A stretch of DNA of 63,844 bases, counting the filler, from Craspedostauros australis (taxonomy: Eukaryota): assembly GCA_030167865.1 (NCBI GenBank). It is 4 parts of 4 records of this genome, joined end to end, with 100 filler letters (N's around TTAATTAATTAA, not from the genome) between each part and the next. Parts side by side here need not be neighbours in the genome. Positions count along the whole stretch, not along the records: positions 53,868 to 62,115 come from JALAGF010003288.1; positions 62,216 to 63,844 come from JALAGF010003290.1; 2 more parts are not named here. The stretch is one strand, 5' to 3'. The notes below the pieces were generated by a model. It ran no database searches. It was not told the origin of the DNA and saw nothing but the letters and a program-made list of their open reading frames with translations. Below are positions 59,511 to 63,844 of this stretch, piece by piece (the stretch's first letter is position 1; each line of letters opens with the position of its first letter). The translations under genes were made by a program, and so were the position numbers.

Positions 59511-61385
59511 ATGTTCCGCACTCCAGTCGAGATAAATACGAGCAGCTTCCACACCACATCAGATCTATCCAAGTCATCGCCATCACCAACGCCGTCTCAT
59601 CCGCCATCGTTCCATCACCACTTCGGCTTTTCATCCAGCACGAGCACAATGCATCCCACAAGCCCCGCCCGTTGCAACAAGGACAGCAGAGATACGACAT
59701 CATCAGCCGACGGCGCGCCCAATCTGTCACAAATGATGATTCACCCACACTCCACCCCAGCCTCCTTTTGCCAAGCTGACAGCTGCGACGGAAGCTCAAG
59801 CGGAATGAACAGCAACATCGCACTCCAATTCGAAGGGCTGGGCAGAGCGCCACAGTTCAAGATGCCATCTTCGTCAATGCAGCTCCCTTCTTCCTTCGCA
59901 GCAAACATCAACATGAATGCGCAGGCAAATGGGATGGGCGTATCGCAACTCTTCAGCAACAGCCGCAACCAGGCCAGCATCCGCACCGACAGCGGATTCT
60001 GTGATGGCTCCGGCACCAAGAGGATCGGAAAGACCTTCCTCGGCGAGTACTTCGTCCCCGGACCACGCACCGTGGTGTGCGGCAGGGGGAAGCAGTCGCA
60101 GACGCCCGGCAACATCCGCCTCAAGACGATCATCCGCACGCACCTCACCAAGTACGGCCAAGCAACGGGCCGCGCAGAGAAGTCCTCCATCGTGTCCAGA
60201 ATCTTCCAACAAGTCAAGCACGGCCGTGTCAGCGAGTCATCGCCAGAGGAACCGGTGTCGTCATCGGCAGCACCATCGGCAGACGGAGAAGCCATGTTTG
60301 TCAAGTGCCACAAGAAGATGTGGTGGGAGGTTGAGGACTCCGTTGCCCGCGAGAAGATCGGATGCATCCTCCGTGATGAACTCTACAACCAATCCAGACA
60401 AGCCAAGATGAAGCAGGCCAAGATGAGGCTGGCCATGGAGCAGCAGCCCTCGGAATCACGGAAACAGCAACAGAACTGCACACTGGACGATCGGCGCCGA
60501 CCTCGGGGTTCGGGAAGAGGACGAACGCAAATATACGAACTCAACACGAAGCCTCAAGGAGAAGGAGAAGTGGATCACAAGACATTTCCTCTCAATTCTT
60601 TGGCCGAAGGCGATGACGTCAATTCAACAGTTCTCAGACGCGCTCACGCCACAAGTATGCCATCCCTCGTGTCCACTACGAGCGCAAGCACCAAATCCAG
60701 CATCTCCTCGTCATCATCGTTGTCATCCTCGTTGTCCTCGTCCTCGTCATCGTGGCTGCAATCGACCACGGCGACGAAGACGCGGGCAGCAGTACAAGCG
60801 GCAAGAATGACATCATCGTCGTCATCATCGGCGCAAGCTTGGTCCCTGAGTCCCGACTTCACCATTCGCGATCTGCTCTCGTCGCAAGCCCCCAACAGCG
60901 CCAGCATCAATGGCCGCCAGCACCACGAACAGTACGACATCTTGAAAACGCTGAACATTCTGGAAGAGCCGCAGATGCAAACCACAGCTCCGATGCAGTC
61001 ACACGAGCGGCACGACCTGACCCAGCACCAACCAACCAAGACCATGTCGGACGCACGGGATTGTTTGCCCGCGGAGGGATCATTATTTCCTTCACTCTCG
61101 TTCGATGGCGGCTGGCAAGATGAACTGCAACAGCAGCCGAGCTGTCAAACATTCGACCAGTTCCCCGACGTCACCAAGGGCAAGCATGTCCTCGGCCATG
61201 GGAACATGCTTCACACCTTGGAGAGCGCGTGCCAAATGCTGCAATCCGATGTGATCTCGCGATTCGCATGCGACTTCGGGAGCGCGTTGAGCGAGAACGA
61301 CGCCATTCCCACCAACACCAGCAATTTCGACGAGACGGATGGTGACCAGTTGCCGGATGATATCTCCGGAATCTTCGAGGATTGA
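59511..61385 (+). CDS. DUF6824 domain protein (diatom-expanded family)
   Basis: PGPRTVVCGRGK...PGNIRLKTII...Y..A..RAEKSSIVSRI...FVK...WWEV.DSVAREKIG..LRD is the characteristic motif string, with low-complexity flanks. Confidence 0.85.
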   Translation: MFRTPVEINTSSFHTTSDLSKSSPSPTPSHPPSFHHHFGFSSSTSTMHPTSPARCNKDSRDTTSSADGAPNLSQMMIHPHSTPASFCQADSCDGSSSGMNSNIALQFEGLGRAPQFKMPSSSMQLPSSFAANINMNAQANGMGVSQLFSNSRNQASIRTDSGFCDGSGTKRIGKTFLGEYFVPGPRTVVCGRGKQSQTPGNIRLKTIIRTHLTKYGQATGRAEKSSIVSRIFQQVKHGRVSESSPEEPVSSSAAPSADGEAMFVKCHKKMWWEVEDSVAREKIGCILRDELYNQSRQAKMKQAKMRLAMEQQPSESRKQQQNCTLDDRRRPRGSGRGRTQIYELNTKPQGEGEVDHKTFPLNSLAEGDDVNSTVLRRAHATSMPSLVSTTSASTKSSISSSSSLSSSLSSSSSSWLQSTTATKTRAAVQAARMTSSSSSSAQAWSLSPDFTIRDLLSSQAPNSASINGRQHHEQYDILKTLNILEEPQMQTTAPMQSHERHDLTQHQPTKTMSDARDCLPAEGSLFPSLSFDGGWQDELQQQPSCQTFDQFPDVTKGKHVLGHGNMLHTLESACQMLQSDVISRFACDFGSALSENDAIPTNTSNFDETDGDQLPDDISGIFED

Positions 61386-62115
61386 ATAGTCACATTATTT
61401 CACGCTTCTATCGGCACACAATCAAATAAATTATTATACATTAGCTACCACTACTTTGCACTGCCATGCTTTCTTCACGACTCTCGAAGTCTTCTGCTCT
61501 ACAATATCTTCCATGTCTCACGGCAAACATCACTGCGAGGTCGCACGCTCTCCTAACATGCATGGCGGACCCCGGTGGAGCCTTTCTATCTCCGCAGTGT
61601 CTCAATGCCGCACTCTCCGAGTGCAATACGATAGGATGAAAGAGGCCAGGCGTCAGGATGACGATATTACTACCTCCAGGTCGCAGTTGATGCACTCACG
61701 ATAACACTAGTTGTGGAGTTTTGGCCCCTTGTTGTCACTGGTTTGCTTGCTTTTGGGAGAAACGGCGATTGGATANTTANAGCTATTNNGTGTTTGCTCT
61801 CGCTGATCCGTCTTCTACGTCACAGGGAACGTATTCCACGTCATGANAAACGAGTCACAACAGAGGAAGAGACATCGTGTGACTCTTCCTCCGCAAGACA
61901 AGATGATGACTGCGCGCGGCGACAACAGAATGTGCCAGGCCAGGACAGCCAACAACACTCCACGTTGACCAGTCTCACAATGGAAACCAGCAACATCCAA
62001 TCGTCTCGGAATACAACGAAGCGCATTGGCAATCTGTACGACGCAGACGACAGTGCTTCGCCAATCACCACAACATCGTCTTCACCTCGGCTGCCAATCC
62101 TGTGAATGATGCATG

Positions 62116-62215
62116 NNNNNNNNNNNNNNNNNNNNNNNNNNNNNNNNNNNNNNNNNNNNTTAATTAATTAANNNNNNNNNNNNNNNNNNNNNNNNNNNNN
62201 NNNNNNNNNNNNNNN
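62116..62215. other. Assembly gap spacer (44 N + TTAATTAATTAA + 44 N)
   Basis: Same 100-nt linker as at 28841 and 53768. Confidence 0.97.
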
Positions 62216-63548
62216 TACCCAGAGCGTCCCATCTTCCGACTTGTGGCATTGCCAATTCTCAAGTTGGTACCCAATCTTTTCCAAGTGTGTCGGAAAGAAG
62301 CGAGTCAACGTGACGATCAACTCCAAGATCGTGTACCCCGCATCGCCTGCGCAATTCCAGAAGTACCTGCTCAGCGACGGCGTGAATCTTCCCACAGAAG
62401 CAACCAAGGTGTCCAGCTTTCTGCCGGATGCGGGTGCTGCGGGAAATGAAAATGATAGTTGGGCATCATCCGCCGAAGACAAGGCCGACGGTGGCGATGG
62501 CGATGCCGACACCGATCCTGAAGAACAGCCCATGCAGCAGGAGCAACAGCAACTGCAACAGCAACCCTACAGCTTCCCCGATCTGACTCAACAATTTCAG
62601 GATGCAATCGACGAGTTGGGTGGCAGCGCAGTGCCCAAATTGAACTGGTCATCTCCCAAGGACGCCACATGGATGAACGGCGGCAGCCTCAAGTGCCAAA
62701 CACCAGGTGACATCTACGTGCTCTTGAAGAGCAGCGACTTCGTCCAGCACGACGTCGAGCTTCTCTCTCAACAACAGCGACAAAGTGAGCACGGCCATGG
62801 CAGCAGATTCCCATTGCAATGCGTGCTGCGAAAATTCTGCACGTTGTATCCCAGCATGGAGTTTCGATGCTTCGTTCGGAGCAATCAATTGCTGGCGATC
62901 TCTCAACGCAATGACACTCAATTCTACAAGCACTTGGCGAACGACCAGGATCATTTTGCTGATCTGATTGAAGATTTCTTCGAGGATTACATCCAGAGCG
63001 TGTTCGGTGTTGTACGAGTGGGCAATGGCGCCCACAGCGATGAGCCTGAGGATGAGCCTGCGGATGAAGAAAGGAAAAGCAGCGACACCAACAGCGACAC
63101 GAACAGCGACGCCAACGCCGAGACCAATAACCATCGTCAGCGCAANATCGAAAACTACGTATTCGATGTCTACATCGACAAGAAGGACCGCGTGTGGTTG
63201 ATGGATTTCAATCCATGGTCCGATCAGACAGATTCACTGCTTTTCGAATGGGAGGAGCTGCGAACGATGGATGCCGATGGTTCGAATGCTGCCGACAATG
63301 CACACAGTCCAAACAGTGCTCCCATGAACGACCAAGGCCGCAGCACCATCATGTCGTCCACATCCACCGACATCCCCATCGTTCGTGTGGTTGAGACGGA
63401 CCAGCAGATACGACAGGATCCATTGGCAAGCTACCGTGCACCGATAGACACGGTGCATCTGGCATCATTGACGGGCGCATTGAGCGGGACGGCAGGTACC
63501 GAAGATCCTTTCGAGGAGCTCATCAAACTGTGTCAGGATAACATCTAG
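62216..63548 (+). CDS. CDC123: Cell division cycle protein 123 (D123, ATP-grasp eIF2 assembly factor), 5' end in gap
   Basis: [66 protein letters not shown]...[11 protein letters not shown]. Confidence 0.93.
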
Positions 63549-63844
63549 AGTAGGGCTTATCTCCATCTTCGCGCACGTTTGTAGACGAACATGAAGACAT
63601 TGTCTATCGGGAGACTCCAAAGCTACTTTGAATAATTGCTACCGCGCTGCCCGTACTAGTGCGTATGGTATTGTGATTGGAAGGGCAACAGCACTGCACG
63701 TATCGATCTGACTGCAATCATCGCAGCTCAATCTCTCGATCGCGCAGCCCTCTGCTTCTCGACGTCATGGTGTACGTGTATGACACCGTTCTTGCATCCT
63801 GTGGCCTCAGGCTGTGTCTGAATGGATCATCTCCTTGGAGGTTC

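Noticed and set aside
61713..62105. 130-aa ORF before the last gap, possibly the CDC123 5' part
   Set aside because: Contains ambiguous bases, ends in a stop before the gap and shows no CDC123 similarity.

Overview
Eukaryotic, intron-containing genomic window that looks like a diatom, judged by GT-AG introns, bipartite plastid presequences and diatom-expanded families (DUF6824, helicase-associated repeats, type II LRR membrane proteins). It contains three artificial 100-nt scaffold spacers (N44-TTAATTAATTAA-N44), so linkage across 28841-28940, 53768-53867 and 62116-62215 is not proven. Genes in order: a divergent TopoVIB-like gene; a predicted thylakoid-lumen protein; three giant intronless kinase-less LRR membrane proteins; a bacterial-type CoaD; PI-phospholipase C; NOB1; a helicase-associated-repeat protein; a single-pass membrane protein; nuclear Ycf34; a spliced 76-aa membrane microprotein that the ORF track does not show intact; two tandem DUF4239/bestrophin-like plastid paralogs; a PIF/Harbinger-like region (Myb/SANT-like ORF, transposase N-terminus, and a frameshifted, CpG-eroded accessory gene); a DUF6824 protein; and CDC123. 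The best leads are the candidate meiotic TOPOVIBL, the LRR receptor-like triad, the Harbinger module with its methylation scar, and an apparent 2-nt intron shift between the DUF4239 paralogs. All family assignments come from motif recognition by eye, not database searches.
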